The position numbers were made by a program, and so were the translations under genes. A DNA stretch of 64,000 nucleotides. It comes from an uncultured Trueperaceae bacterium (lineage in GTDB: Bacteria > Deinococcota > Deinococci > Deinococcales > Trueperaceae). Below, one piece after another: positions 29,457 to 39,173 of the stretch (position 1 is the stretch's first letter; each line of letters begins with the position of its first letter). The notes under the pieces are model-generated. The model worked only from the letters and a program-made list of their open reading frames with translations. It made no database searches and was not told the origin of the DNA. The stretch spans positions 224,001 through 288,000 of the forward strand of contig CAVSGP010000004.1 of the NCBI GenBank assembly GCA_963727505.1, in the 5' to 3' direction.

Positions 29457-29574
29457 CCAACGGGGCGAGGTCCTGCACGGGCCGGCCCCGGCGCCCGGGA
29501 GGGGTCGCTGCGCGGCCCCTCTTCGCGGCGTGATACCAGCCGCGCTGCGCCAGCGGCCCTCCGGGGCGCCTCAT

Positions 29575-29658
29575 GCGAGGATGGCGGAATTGGTAGACGC
29601 GCTAGATTTAGGATCTAGTGGCCTAGCCGTGCGGGTTCAAGTCCCGCTCCTCGCACCA
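29575..29658 (+). tRNA. tRNA-Leu(TAG)
   Basis: CTAGA-TT-TAG-GA-TCTAG arm, long variable arm, CCA end. Confidence 0.96.
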
Positions 29659-29661
29659 GGA

Positions 29662-29691
29662 CGGCAAGCCCCGGGGCTTGCCGCTCTCTTT
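29662..29691 (+). terminator. Intrinsic terminator after tRNA-Leu
   Basis: CGGCAAGCC-CCGG-GGCTTGCCG followed by CTCTCTTT. Confidence 0.6.
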
Positions 29692-29789
29692 GAAGGCGTT
29701 CGCTCATCGGCGAACGCGCGTCGCCGCCCTGCCGGACCCGGCCCCGCCTCGCGCGGGCGCCCGCGCGACGTGGAAAGGCTAGGAGATCC

Positions 29790-31226
29790 ATGGAAACAGA
29801 GCTCATCGAGAAGCAGGCGGTCAACGCCACGTTCAAGGTCACGGTCCCGGCGGGCGAGGTCGACGCCGCGTTCGATCGTGTGCTGGGAACGCTCTCGCGT
29901 CAGATGAAGGTGCCTGGCTTCCGTCCTGGGCGGGCGCCGCGCGGGGTGCTGGAACGGCGCATCGGTCGCGACACGCTCGAGGAAGAGGTCCAGGAGGCAC
30001 TGGTCGACGCGAACTACGCCGACGCCGTGCGCGAGCTCGATCTCACGCCGGTGCACGCCCACTTCCACGGCGATGCGCCCAAGGAGGGCGAGCCGTTCAC
30101 CTTCGAGGTGCACGCCGAGCTCTACCCCGAGGTCTCCCTGCCCGACGTCTCCGAGATCGTCATCGACGCCGCCCCCCGCGAGCTCGACGAGGCCATGGTG
30201 AACGACACCATCGAACAGCTCCGCAACCAGAACGCAACCCTGGTCCCGGTGGAGCGTAGCGTCGAAGGTACCGATTACGTGCTGCTCGAGTCGCTCCCAC
30301 CCGCAGGCGAGGGCGACGAGCCTTCGGAGGGCACCGGCTCGGTACAGCCCGTGGACATGGAGTCGGCCGCCGAGGAGATCCGCGAGCAGCTCGTCGGAAA
30401 AGGCATCGGCGACATCATCGATCTCGAGCTCCTGGACGACGCCCAGGGGCCGGACGAGGACACGGAGCCGGTCAAGCGCACCCTGCGAGTGCTGGTGAAG
30501 GACGTCAAGGGCAAGGAGAAGCCCGAGGTGGACGACGACTTCGCCAAGACCCTCGGGTTCGAGACGTGGACGGAAGCTCGTGAGCAAGTCGCCGCCAGCC
30601 TGAAGAGCCAGCTCGAGCGCGAGGCCTTCGATCAGCAGCGCGAGGAGCTCCTCGACAAGCTCGTCGCCGGTACCGACTTCGAGGTGCCCGCCAGCCTGCT
30701 GCAGCGCCGCCAGCGCAGCCTCCTCCAGGACCTCCAGGACGACCTCCAGCAGAAGGGCACGACGTTGGAGCGCTACCTGGCGGACCTCGAGGCTCGCGAG
30801 GGGCGCGAGGCGTTCGACGCCGAGCTCCAAGAAGCGGCAGAGCGCGGGGTGCGCCGCGACCTGGTGCTCGAGCGACTGCAGGAGGTGCGCGGCACCGAGG
30901 TCAGCGACGAGGAGCTCGACGATGCCGTGCGCTACATGGCACGGCGCCGGCAGCAGGAAGCGGGCCGCTTCAAGCGCGAGATGGGCGAGCGCTGGCTTTC
31001 GAACTACCGCTTCCTCCTGGCGCGCGACAAGGCGCTCCGCGAAGTCGTCCGGGAGCTGACGGGCGCAGCCACCAGCGACGACACCGGTGCGGCCGAGGCG
31101 GGCTACGAGTCCGCGGCCGCGGGCGCGGCCGACGACGAGGCGGAAGACGACGAGGTCCACGAAGACGAGGGTCACGAGCATGAGGGCCACGAGGTCGAGG
31201 TGGAGGCGCCGCGCTCGGAGAGCTGA
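29790..31226 (+). CDS. tig: Trigger factor
   Basis: 'VPGFRPGRAP' ribosome-binding motif; upstream of clpP-clpX; acidic His-rich tail. Confidence 0.95.
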   Translation: METELIEKQAVNATFKVTVPAGEVDAAFDRVLGTLSRQMKVPGFRPGRAPRGVLERRIGRDTLEEEVQEALVDANYADAVRELDLTPVHAHFHGDAPKEGEPFTFEVHAELYPEVSLPDVSEIVIDAAPRELDEAMVNDTIEQLRNQNATLVPVERSVEGTDYVLLESLPPAGEGDEPSEGTGSVQPVDMESAAEEIREQLVGKGIGDIIDLELLDDAQGPDEDTEPVKRTLRVLVKDVKGKEKPEVDDDFAKTLGFETWTEAREQVAASLKSQLEREAFDQQREELLDKLVAGTDFEVPASLLQRRQRSLLQDLQDDLQQKGTTLERYLADLEAREGREAFDAELQEAAERGVRRDLVLERLQEVRGTEVSDEELDDAVRYMARRRQQEAGRFKREMGERWLSNYRFLLARDKALREVVRELTGAATSDDTGAAEAGYESAAAGAADDEAEDDEVHEDEGHEHEGHEVEVEAPRSES

Positions 31227-31306
31227 GGCGAGGCGCCCGCATCGCGCGGGCGCCGGCTCGAGCCGTCGAGGGCCACGCCCCGGCGCGATGGTAAGCTGGA
31301 GGCCGT

Positions 31307-31924
31307 ATGCCGCTCGTCCCTTACGTGATCGAACAGACCGGCCGCGGTGAGCGGACCTACGACGTCTACAGCCGTCTGCTCAAGGAGCGGATCATCTTCC
31401 TCGGGGCCGCCATCGACTCCGAGACCGCCAATGTGATCACGGCGCAGCTCCTGCTGCTCGATTCGCAGTCGAGCGAGCAGCCGATCAACATGTTCATCAA
31501 CACCCCGGGCGGTGAGGTCTACGCCGGGCTGGCGATCTACGACGTCATGCAGTACATCTCGGCGCCGGTCCACACCAACTGCGTGGGGATCGCGATGTCG
31601 ATGGGGTCGGTCATCCTGATGGCGGGTGAGCGGGGCCACCGGGTGGCGTTGCCGCACAGCCGCATCATGATCCACGCTGGCTCGGCGGGGTTCCCGCGCT
31701 CGAGCCTGCCCGACCTCGAGGTGCAGGCGCGCGAGTTCATGGAGATCCGCGACACGCTCGAGTCCATCTACCAGCAGCACACCGGTCACCCCCGCGAGAA
31801 GCTCCGGCAGGACATGGAACGCGACAAGTTCATGGCGCCCGAGGACGCCGTGACCTACGGGCTGATCGACCGGGTCGTGGAACCGCGGCACCTCGGTCGG
31901 TTCGGGACCGACCAGGCGGGCTGA
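31307..31924 (+). CDS. clpP: ATP-dependent Clp protease proteolytic subunit
   Basis: '[13 protein letters not shown]', 'INTPGG', catalytic Ser 'AMSMGS', His 'IMIH', 'ERD'. Confidence 0.95.
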   Translation: MPLVPYVIEQTGRGERTYDVYSRLLKERIIFLGAAIDSETANVITAQLLLLDSQSSEQPINMFINTPGGEVYAGLAIYDVMQYISAPVHTNCVGIAMSMGSVILMAGERGHRVALPHSRIMIHAGSAGFPRSSLPDLEVQAREFMEIRDTLESIYQQHTGHPREKLRQDMERDKFMAPEDAVTYGLIDRVVEPRHLGRFGTDQAG

Positions 31925-31926
31925 GC

Positions 31927-33132
<1,206 letters not shown>

Positions 33133-33148
33133 ACGCCGGCGACGCGCA

Positions 33149-34288
33149 TCACGCCACCTGCAACCTGCAGCGTGCCACGGCCCGCCCGAACAAACCTGCG
33201 GCCTCGATAGCGTCGGCCTCGCTCACGGTGTGCGCGAAGCTGAAGCGTACGCTCGCTTTCGCCTCGGCCGCGCTCAATCCCATCGCCATCAGCACGTGGC
33301 TCGGCTCAAGACTCCCGGCGGAGCAGGCGCTCCCCGCGCTCGCCTCCACGCCCAGGTCGTCGAGTGCGAGCAGGAGCGTCTCGCCGTCGACGCCGTCGAC
33401 GCGCAGGTTGCTGTGCTTGACGCTGCGGGGCGCGCCGGCCCCGTTCACCCGGACGCCGCGCACGCTCGTGGCGGCCGCCTCGAAGGCGTCGCGCGCCCGC
33501 TGCACCGCCTCGCGGCGGGGGCTGCGCTGCGCTGCGGCGCGCTCTGCGGCCGCGCCCAATCCCACGATGGCTGGGGTGGCGTGGGTGCCCGGCCGCAGGC
33601 CCCGTTCCTGCTCGCCTCCGGAAAGCAGCGGCCGCACCTCCACGCCGTCAGCGACGTAGAGAGCGCCCGCCCCCTTGGGGCCGAAGATCTTGTGTCCCGA
33701 CACCGCCAGCAGGTCGACGCCCAAGGTAGCAACATCCAGTGCCTCCAGCCCGAAGCCCTGCACCGCGTCGCAGAACAGCAGCGCCCCATGGCGATGCGCC
33801 ACCTCCGCCGCCGCGCCGATGTCGGTGAGCACACCGGTCTCATTGTTGACGGCCATCAGCGCAACCAGGCGGGTGTCCGGCGCGTCGGCCAGCAAGGCGT
33901 CGAGGGCGTCGACGCTCAGGCGCCCGTGCTCGTCGGGGCGCAGATAGGTCACCGGCGTGCCGGCGTCGTGCAACACGCGCGCCGTGGACAGCACCGCAGC
34001 ATGCTCCAAAGGGCTGGTCACGAGACCGCCCGTGTCGCCGTCCAGGACGCCACGGAGGGCCTGGTTGTCGGCCTCGGTCGCTCCGGACGTGAAGTGGATC
34101 TGTCGGGGCCGCGCTCCCAACGCCGCAGCGACCTGTTCGCGTGCCCGCTCGATGAGCCGGCGCGCGCGCTGTCCCGCGCGGTGCACGCTGGCGGGATTAC
34201 CGTAGGTGTCGGTCAATGCCGGCATCATCGCCTCGAGCACCGCCGCATCGAGCGGCGTGGTGGCGGCGAAGTCAAGGTAGAGGGGCAC
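33149..34288 (-). CDS. Cysteine desulfurase (IscS/NifS group I)
   Basis: 'YLDFAATTP', 'GNPAS.H', 'SGATE', 'SGHK..GPKG', 'SAGSACS'. Confidence 0.93.
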   Translation of the reverse strand: MPLYLDFAATTPLDAAVLEAMMPALTDTYGNPASVHRAGQRARRLIERAREQVAAALGARPRQIHFTSGATEADNQALRGVLDGDTGGLVTSPLEHAAVLSTARVLHDAGTPVTYLRPDEHGRLSVDALDALLADAPDTRLVALMAVNNETGVLTDIGAAAEVAHRHGALLFCDAVQGFGLEALDVATLGVDLLAVSGHKIFGPKGAGALYVADGVEVRPLLSGGEQERGLRPGTHATPAIVGLGAAAERAAAQRSPRREAVQRARDAFEAAATSVRGVRVNGAGAPRSVKHSNLRVDGVDGETLLLALDDLGVEASAGSACSAGSLEPSHVLMAMGLSAAEAKASVRFSFAHTVSEADAIEAAGLFGRAVARCRLQVA

Positions 34289-34314
34289 GTCGCGCCGGGT
34301 GCCGGGGGCGGGAA

Positions 34315-34770
34315 TCAGCTGGCCCGCCCGACGCTCTCGGGTTCGCGGACCCTCCCCAGCCCGAGGATCTGCCGCTGCGCCACCAGGTCGGCGAGCGAGG
34401 TCGAACCCAGCACCTCGCGCACGGCGGCGTCCACGCGGCGCCACAGGATCTCGGTCGAGCAGTGGCCCACGCGTTCGCAATTGCCCTCGTCATCGATGCA
34501 GGTAACCGGCGCCACGCTACCCTCGAGCAGCTCGACGACCTCGAGCGCAGGTACGGTGTCGAGCGAACGCGCCATGCGGTAGCCTCCACGGGCGCCACGC
34601 ACGGATTCCACGATCCCGGCGCGCCGCAGCACGGCGAAAATCTGCTCCAGGTACTGGTGGCTCAAGCTCTGGCGGTCGGCGACCGTCTTGAGGCTGGTCG
34701 GTTCGTCACCGCCTAGCGCCACCTCGACCAGGGCTCGCATGCCGTATTGGGCCTTCGTCGAGATCCACAT
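34315..34770 (-). CDS. Rrf2-family regulator (IscR-like, three Cys)
   Basis: 'YLEQIF..LRRAG.VESVRG..GGY' and 'C.....C.....C'. Confidence 0.9.
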   Translation of the reverse strand: MWISTKAQYGMRALVEVALGGDEPTSLKTVADRQSLSHQYLEQIFAVLRRAGIVESVRGARGGYRMARSLDTVPALEVVELLEGSVAPVTCIDDEGNCERVGHCSTEILWRRVDAAVREVLGSTSLADLVAQRQILGLGRVREPESVGRAS

Positions 34771-34791
34771 GGTTTGTCATCCCCTAGGCAT

Positions 34792-34856
34792 ATCCTCGGA
34801 ATCATTCCGAAGAATCGTTACACGTGAGTATAGCCGCGGGGCCCTACCAACGTCAA
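34792..34856 (-). promoter_or_regulatory. SigA-like promoter of the Rrf2 gene with a downstream 11-1-11 inverted repeat
   Basis: Minus strand TTGACG(34856-34851)-18-TATACT(34832-34827); palindrome ATCCTCGGAAT-C-ATTCCGAAGAA at 34792-34814. Confidence 0.65.
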
Positions 34857-34910
34857 CGAAATCCGATGCGAACGGCGCTTCTCACCTGTCGCTGGGCGCG
34901 CTCCGAGGCC

Positions 34911-35456
34911 TCAGCCTCCGACGGTGGGTTCCGCACTCGACGCGATCACGCCCTTGGCGAGCTCGACCAACCGTCCCGGCCGGAAGGGGTGACGAAGCTC
35001 CTTCCACGGCGGCGCCAGGAGTCGACCGTCGAGGTCGGAGGACGCCGCGAGCTCGGAGGATGCCGCGACCTCACCGGTCGTTGGCACGCTCTCCGGCCAG
35101 CCTACGCCGTCAGCGGCGTCGTGCCGGATGCGTTCTTGGCGGGTGGTCTCGTGGTGCGCTGCCAAGGCATCGCCGGCGCGATGGATCGGGAAGCCCCAGT
35201 GACCGCGCCCCTCGAGTACGATCACCGGTACCCCGCGGAGCTCCGGATCACGGGCCAGCAGACCCGCCAGGTCGAGTCCACCGGCGTCACGCACCGAGCC
35301 CTCCACCACGATGAGGTCGGGCAGGCCACGACGGGCCACGCCCAGCGCTCCCTCGCCGTCGACGGCTTCCACCAGCTCGAAACCCTCGCGCGCGAAGCGG
35401 CGGCGGAAAACGCGCCTCAGGTGATCGTTCGGCTCAACCAGAAGGACCGTGGGCAC
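34911..35456 (-). CDS. Atypical (pseudo-)receiver domain protein
   Basis: CheY-like pattern 'TVLLVEPN...EAVDGEGAL...PDLIVVE...PVIVL'; Asp replaced by Glu at the phospho-site. Confidence 0.65.
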   Translation of the reverse strand: MPTVLLVEPNDHLRRVFRRRFAREGFELVEAVDGEGALGVARRGLPDLIVVEGSVRDAGGLDLAGLLARDPELRGVPVIVLEGRGHWGFPIHRAGDALAAHHETTRQERIRHDAADGVGWPESVPTTGEVAASSELAASSDLDGRLLAPPWKELRHPFRPGRLVELAKGVIASSAEPTVGG

Positions 35457-35510
35457 GGCCACACGCTACGCTCCAGGGCGGAGCCTCGTCTGTGTCCATT
35501 CCGGGACCGC

Positions 35511-36698
35511 TCAGGGCGTCGCCATGCCCTGCAGGTAATCGAGAGGATCGACGGCGCGGCCATCGAAACGCAACTCGAAGTGAACGTGTGGCCCCGTCGA
35601 CGCGCCGGTGCTGCCGGCCAGCCCAAGCACATCCCCCTGCCGCAGGGACTCCCCGTCGTGCACCTCGATGCGGCTGAGGTGCGCGTAGCGCGTCTGCGTG
35701 CCGTCGCCGTGGTCCAGGTAGACCACGTTCCCGTAGGTGCCGCCCCAGCCGGCCTTGGCGACGACGCCGTCGCGGGCGGCGCGCACCGGCGTTCCCAGCG
35801 CTACCGCAAGGTCGACGCCGGCATGGAAATGGTTGCCGTTCACGCTCAATGCGCGCCAGCCGAACCGGGAGGATACCCTCCCCTGCACCGGCGCCCGGAA
35901 GGTGTGGTCCTCGAAGGACACCGCCGGCAGTCGCGCCACGGCCGCGCTCAGGTCGGCGTCTTGCAGGCGGCGCAAGCGGTCGCGCGCCGGGGCCGCGTCT
36001 CCGGGCACCGCCGCTGCGGCGACACCCGGAGCAGCGCCGGACGCCGCGGGCGGTCCCGGCGCGATTGGCGCCATGGCGGCGCCGTTACCGGAGCGGCCGG
36101 CATCGGTCATGGGCCCGGTCATGGGCCCGGCGCCGCCCACGCCTCCACGTCCTCCCGCGAGCCCGTCGGCGCCTCCCGGCAGGAGCACCGACTGACCGCG
36201 CTGCAAGACCGTGTCGCCCGCGATGTCGTTCACACGGGCCAGAGCCTCGGCAGTCGTTCCCGAGCGCGCGGCCAGGCTCGCAAGCGTGTCGCCGGGAGCG
36301 ACCTCGACGGTCACGCCGTCGGCCGGCGGGACCGAGACCGCCGCACCCGCCGCGACGCTCCCCGAGGCAAGGCCCGGGTTCGCCGACGCCAGCGACGCAG
36401 GCATCCGGCCAACACGCTGCGCCACGTCGAGCAACGTCTCCCCCGGCCTTGCGATGGTGATGCGATATCCGCTTCGCTGCCCGCCCGGCACCTCGAGTAC
36501 CTGACCGACGCGCAGGACATCGCTGTCGAGCCGATTGGACGCCACCAGGGCGGCAACGGTGGTGTCGAAGCGCCCGGCCAGCGCGAAGAGGGTGTCACCT
36601 GGACGGACCACGTAGACTTGCTGAGCGTGCGCCACGGCGCCTAGCACCAGCCAAGCCAACACGAAGACGCTGGCGACGCCCAGCCTCAACCTGACCAT
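35511..36698 (-). CDS. LysM-repeat M23 family peptidoglycan endopeptidase
   Basis: Signal peptide, three LysM-like repeats, 'HAGVD', 'YAHLS', 'STGPHVHFE'. Confidence 0.92.
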   Translation of the reverse strand: MVRLRLGVASVFVLAWLVLGAVAHAQQVYVVRPGDTLFALAGRFDTTVAALVASNRLDSDVLRVGQVLEVPGGQRSGYRITIARPGETLLDVAQRVGRMPASLASANPGLASGSVAAGAAVSVPPADGVTVEVAPGDTLASLAARSGTTAEALARVNDIAGDTVLQRGQSVLLPGGADGLAGGRGGVGGAGPMTGPMTDAGRSGNGAAMAPIAPGPPAASGAAPGVAAAAVPGDAAPARDRLRRLQDADLSAAVARLPAVSFEDHTFRAPVQGRVSSRFGWRALSVNGNHFHAGVDLAVALGTPVRAARDGVVAKAGWGGTYGNVVYLDHGDGTQTRYAHLSRIEVHDGESLRQGDVLGLAGSTGASTGPHVHFELRFDGRAVDPLDYLQGMATP

Positions 36699-36728
36699 GA
36701 GACGACGCTCATGGCTCTACGCTGTCAC

Positions 36729-38531
36729 TCAACCCTGGCCGAGCGTGGCGAGGAATTCCTCATTGCTCTTGGTGCGCGAAAGCCGCGAGAGCAGCATCTC
36801 CATCGCCTCGGCGGCATCCATGTCACTGATGACCTTGCGAAGCAACCACATCTTGGCCAGGATCGCCTCACCCAGGAGCAGGTCCTCGCGACGCGTGCCC
36901 GACTTCAGGATGTCGATGGCCGGGAAGATGCGCCGTTCCTCGAGGCGTCGGCTCAAGTGCAGCTCCATGTTGCCGGTTCCCTTGAACTCCTCGAAGATGA
37001 CATCGTCCATGCGGGAGCCCGTCTCGACCAGGGCGGTGGCCAGGATGCTGAGGCTGCCGCCGCCGCGGATGTTGCGGGCCGCGCCCAGGAAGCGCTTCGG
37101 CCAGTGCAAGGCGTTGGAATCCAGACCACCCGACAGGGTGCGTCCGGTCGCCGGCGTCACGAGGTTGTTCGCCCGGGCCAGACGGGTGATCGAGTCGAGC
37201 AGGATCATCACGTGGCCGCCCTCCTCGACGATGCGGCGCGCCCGCTCGTGCACGAACTCGGCCACGCGGATGTGGTTCGAGGGGGGCTCGTCGAAGGTGC
37301 TGGCGATGACCTCCACGCCGCTGACCGACTCCCGGAAGTCGGTGACCTCCTCGGGCCGCTCATCCACCAGCAGCACGATGACCTTGATGTCGTCCTCGTT
37401 GCTGACCACCGAGTTGGCGATCTTCTTGAGCAGGGTGGTCTTCCCTGCCTTGGGCGGCGCCACGATCAGTCCGCGCTGCCCCCGGCCGATCGGCGCGAGC
37501 AGATCGATGACGCGGGCCGAGAGCTCGTTCTGCACGGTCTCGAGCGTGATGCGCTGTTCCGGGAAGGTGGGAACCAGATCGTCGAAGCGGGGACGCTTGG
37601 CGGCGTGGAAGGGGTCGACCCCGTTGACGGCCTCGACCCGGATCAGCGTCCCGTAGCGCTCGTTGTCGCGCGGGCGGCGCGCCTTGCCCAGGATGTAGTC
37701 GCCGGCGCGCAGCTTGAACTGCTTGATGAGGCCGGCCGACACGATCACGCTGCGCGAGCTGAGCTGCAACAGCGACTCCTGCAGGAAACCGTAACCGTCC
37801 GACGAGATCTCGAGGTAGCCCTGAACCACCTTGAGCCCTTCGCTCTCGGCCGACCGCTCGAGGATCGCCAGTGCCAGGTCGTCCTTGCTCATCTGGCGGT
37901 AGTCCTCCAGCCCGACCTCCTTGGCCAGCAGGTGCAACTCCGGCACGATCTTGGACTGGAGCTCGCGGAAGTTCAGGCCACCCTTGCGCCCACCGCCCGA
38001 GCGACCGCGCCGGTTGCGGCCGCCGCGACCGCCACGGCCGCGCTCGTCCTGATCAGCGTCGTCACCGGAACGCTCCTGCGAGCCTCCGGATCCAGCCTGG
38101 TCGGCCGGGGCGTCGTCGGCGGCCGCCGAGCCACCTCGGCCACTGCCGTCCTGGTTCCGCTTGCTCTTGCCGTTGTTGCCGCCCCCCTTGCGGCCGCCCG
38201 AGCGGCCGCCCTTCTTCTCACCGCTGCTCTTCTCACCACTGCTCTTCTCACCACTGCTCTTCTCACCGCTGCGATCGCCCTGCGGCTTCTCAGAGGTGCC
38301 GCCGTCGCCGCCGGCCTCCTGCCGGGCGACGTCGGCCGCTGCCTCGACGGCGCCGCCCGTTCCCGGCGCGTCATCGGCCACTGCGCCGTTGCCAGCCGCC
38401 GCGTCGGCGACCGCCGCGTCCTGCTTGCGCGGCCGGCCGCGCTTGCGCGGCTTCACGTCCTGGGCGTCCGTCGCCTCGGACACTTCGTTGGCGCCGCTGT
38501 CGTTGGCTGTCTTCCGGCTTCTGGGGCTCAT
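36729..38531 (-). CDS. rho: Transcription termination factor Rho with long N-terminal extension
   Basis: 'DGYGFL', 'GRGQRGLIVAPPKAGKT', 'DERPEE', 'EEFKGTGN'; ATG at 38531 after a GGAGA SD. Confidence 0.96.
   Translation of the reverse strand: MSPRSRKTANDSGANEVSEATDAQDVKPRKRGRPRKQDAAVADAAAGNGAVADDAPGTGGAVEAAADVARQEAGGDGGTSEKPQGDRSGEKSSGEKSSGEKSSGEKKGGRSGGRKGGGNNGKSKRNQDGSGRGGSAAADDAPADQAGSGGSQERSGDDADQDERGRGGRGGRNRRGRSGGGRKGGLNFRELQSKIVPELHLLAKEVGLEDYRQMSKDDLALAILERSAESEGLKVVQGYLEISSDGYGFLQESLLQLSSRSVIVSAGLIKQFKLRAGDYILGKARRPRDNERYGTLIRVEAVNGVDPFHAAKRPRFDDLVPTFPEQRITLETVQNELSARVIDLLAPIGRGQRGLIVAPPKAGKTTLLKKIANSVVSNEDDIKVIVLLVDERPEEVTDFRESVSGVEVIASTFDEPPSNHIRVAEFVHERARRIVEEGGHVMILLDSITRLARANNLVTPATGRTLSGGLDSNALHWPKRFLGAARNIRGGGSLSILATALVETGSRMDDVIFEEFKGTGNMELHLSRRLEERRIFPAIDILKSGTRREDLLLGEAILAKMWLLRKVISDMDAAEAMEMLLSRLSRTKSNEEFLATLGQG
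38214..38272. repeat. 15-bp tandem repeat (~4 copies) encoding (S)SGEK in the Rho N-terminus
   Basis: CTTCTCACCRCTGCT repeated about 4 times. Confidence 0.9.
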
Positions 38532-38731
38532 GCCATCTCCGTTCTGTGCGCTCGCCCTCGCAGGGTTCCGAGGCTGGGATGCAGAACTCGAACTGGATGT
38601 CGAACGTTGAAGTGAATCACGGAAACACTCGTTGTCCATCGCTCGGCAGGGTCGCACGCCGTGCGTCCGTGGAGCATGCGCGCACCGCGAGGACGCACGA
38701 ACAGGTTGTGCGAGGAGTCGCAGCGGCGAGA

Positions 38732-38791
38732 TTGACGTTGTCACGGCCTGCTGCTAGGTTTAGTATATGCGGGGCCGCTGAAGATTGTAAA
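38732..38791. promoter_or_regulatory. Interlocked divergent SigA-like promoters (ileS leader on +, rho on -)
   Basis: Plus strand TTGACG(38732)-17-TAGGTT(38755) with extended TG; minus strand TTTACA(38791)-18-TATACT(38767). Confidence 0.65.
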
Positions 38792-38839
38792 GCGGCTCCG
38801 AACCGCCGGCCACGGCACGGTGCACTCCGGCCGGCGAAA

Positions 38840-39142
38840 AGGCGATGACGGGAACGAGTACGCCTGCGCGAAGTACTCTCCAGCGAACCGGGGACGGTGC
38901 GAGCCCGGTCGGGTACCGACAGGCGGAAGATCCTCCCCGAGCCGCTCCCCGAACCCGCGACGCCCTCGGGCGGAGGCGGCAGTAGACGGAGCCGCGCGGC
39001 GCGCGTCACAGCGCCAGACTCTTCCGCTTCCCGTGAGCGGGGCAGTCGATCGAGTCCGGACCCCGTGAGGGGCCGGAGAAGTTGGGTGGTTCCGCGCGGC
39101 ACGTCACGCGCCCCAACGCCGCAAGCGTTCGGGGCGCGTTCT
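38840..39142 (+). ncRNA. T-box riboswitch (Ile specifier) upstream of ileS
   Basis: Stem I with AGTA, AGCGA and GGTG motifs; specifier ATC at 38930; T-box GGGTGGTTCCGCG at 39084; alternative hairpin CGCGCCCC...GGGGCGCG. Confidence 0.88.
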
Positions 39143-39173
39143 CGTGGCCGCCCCCGGAGAGCGAGGTAACACC

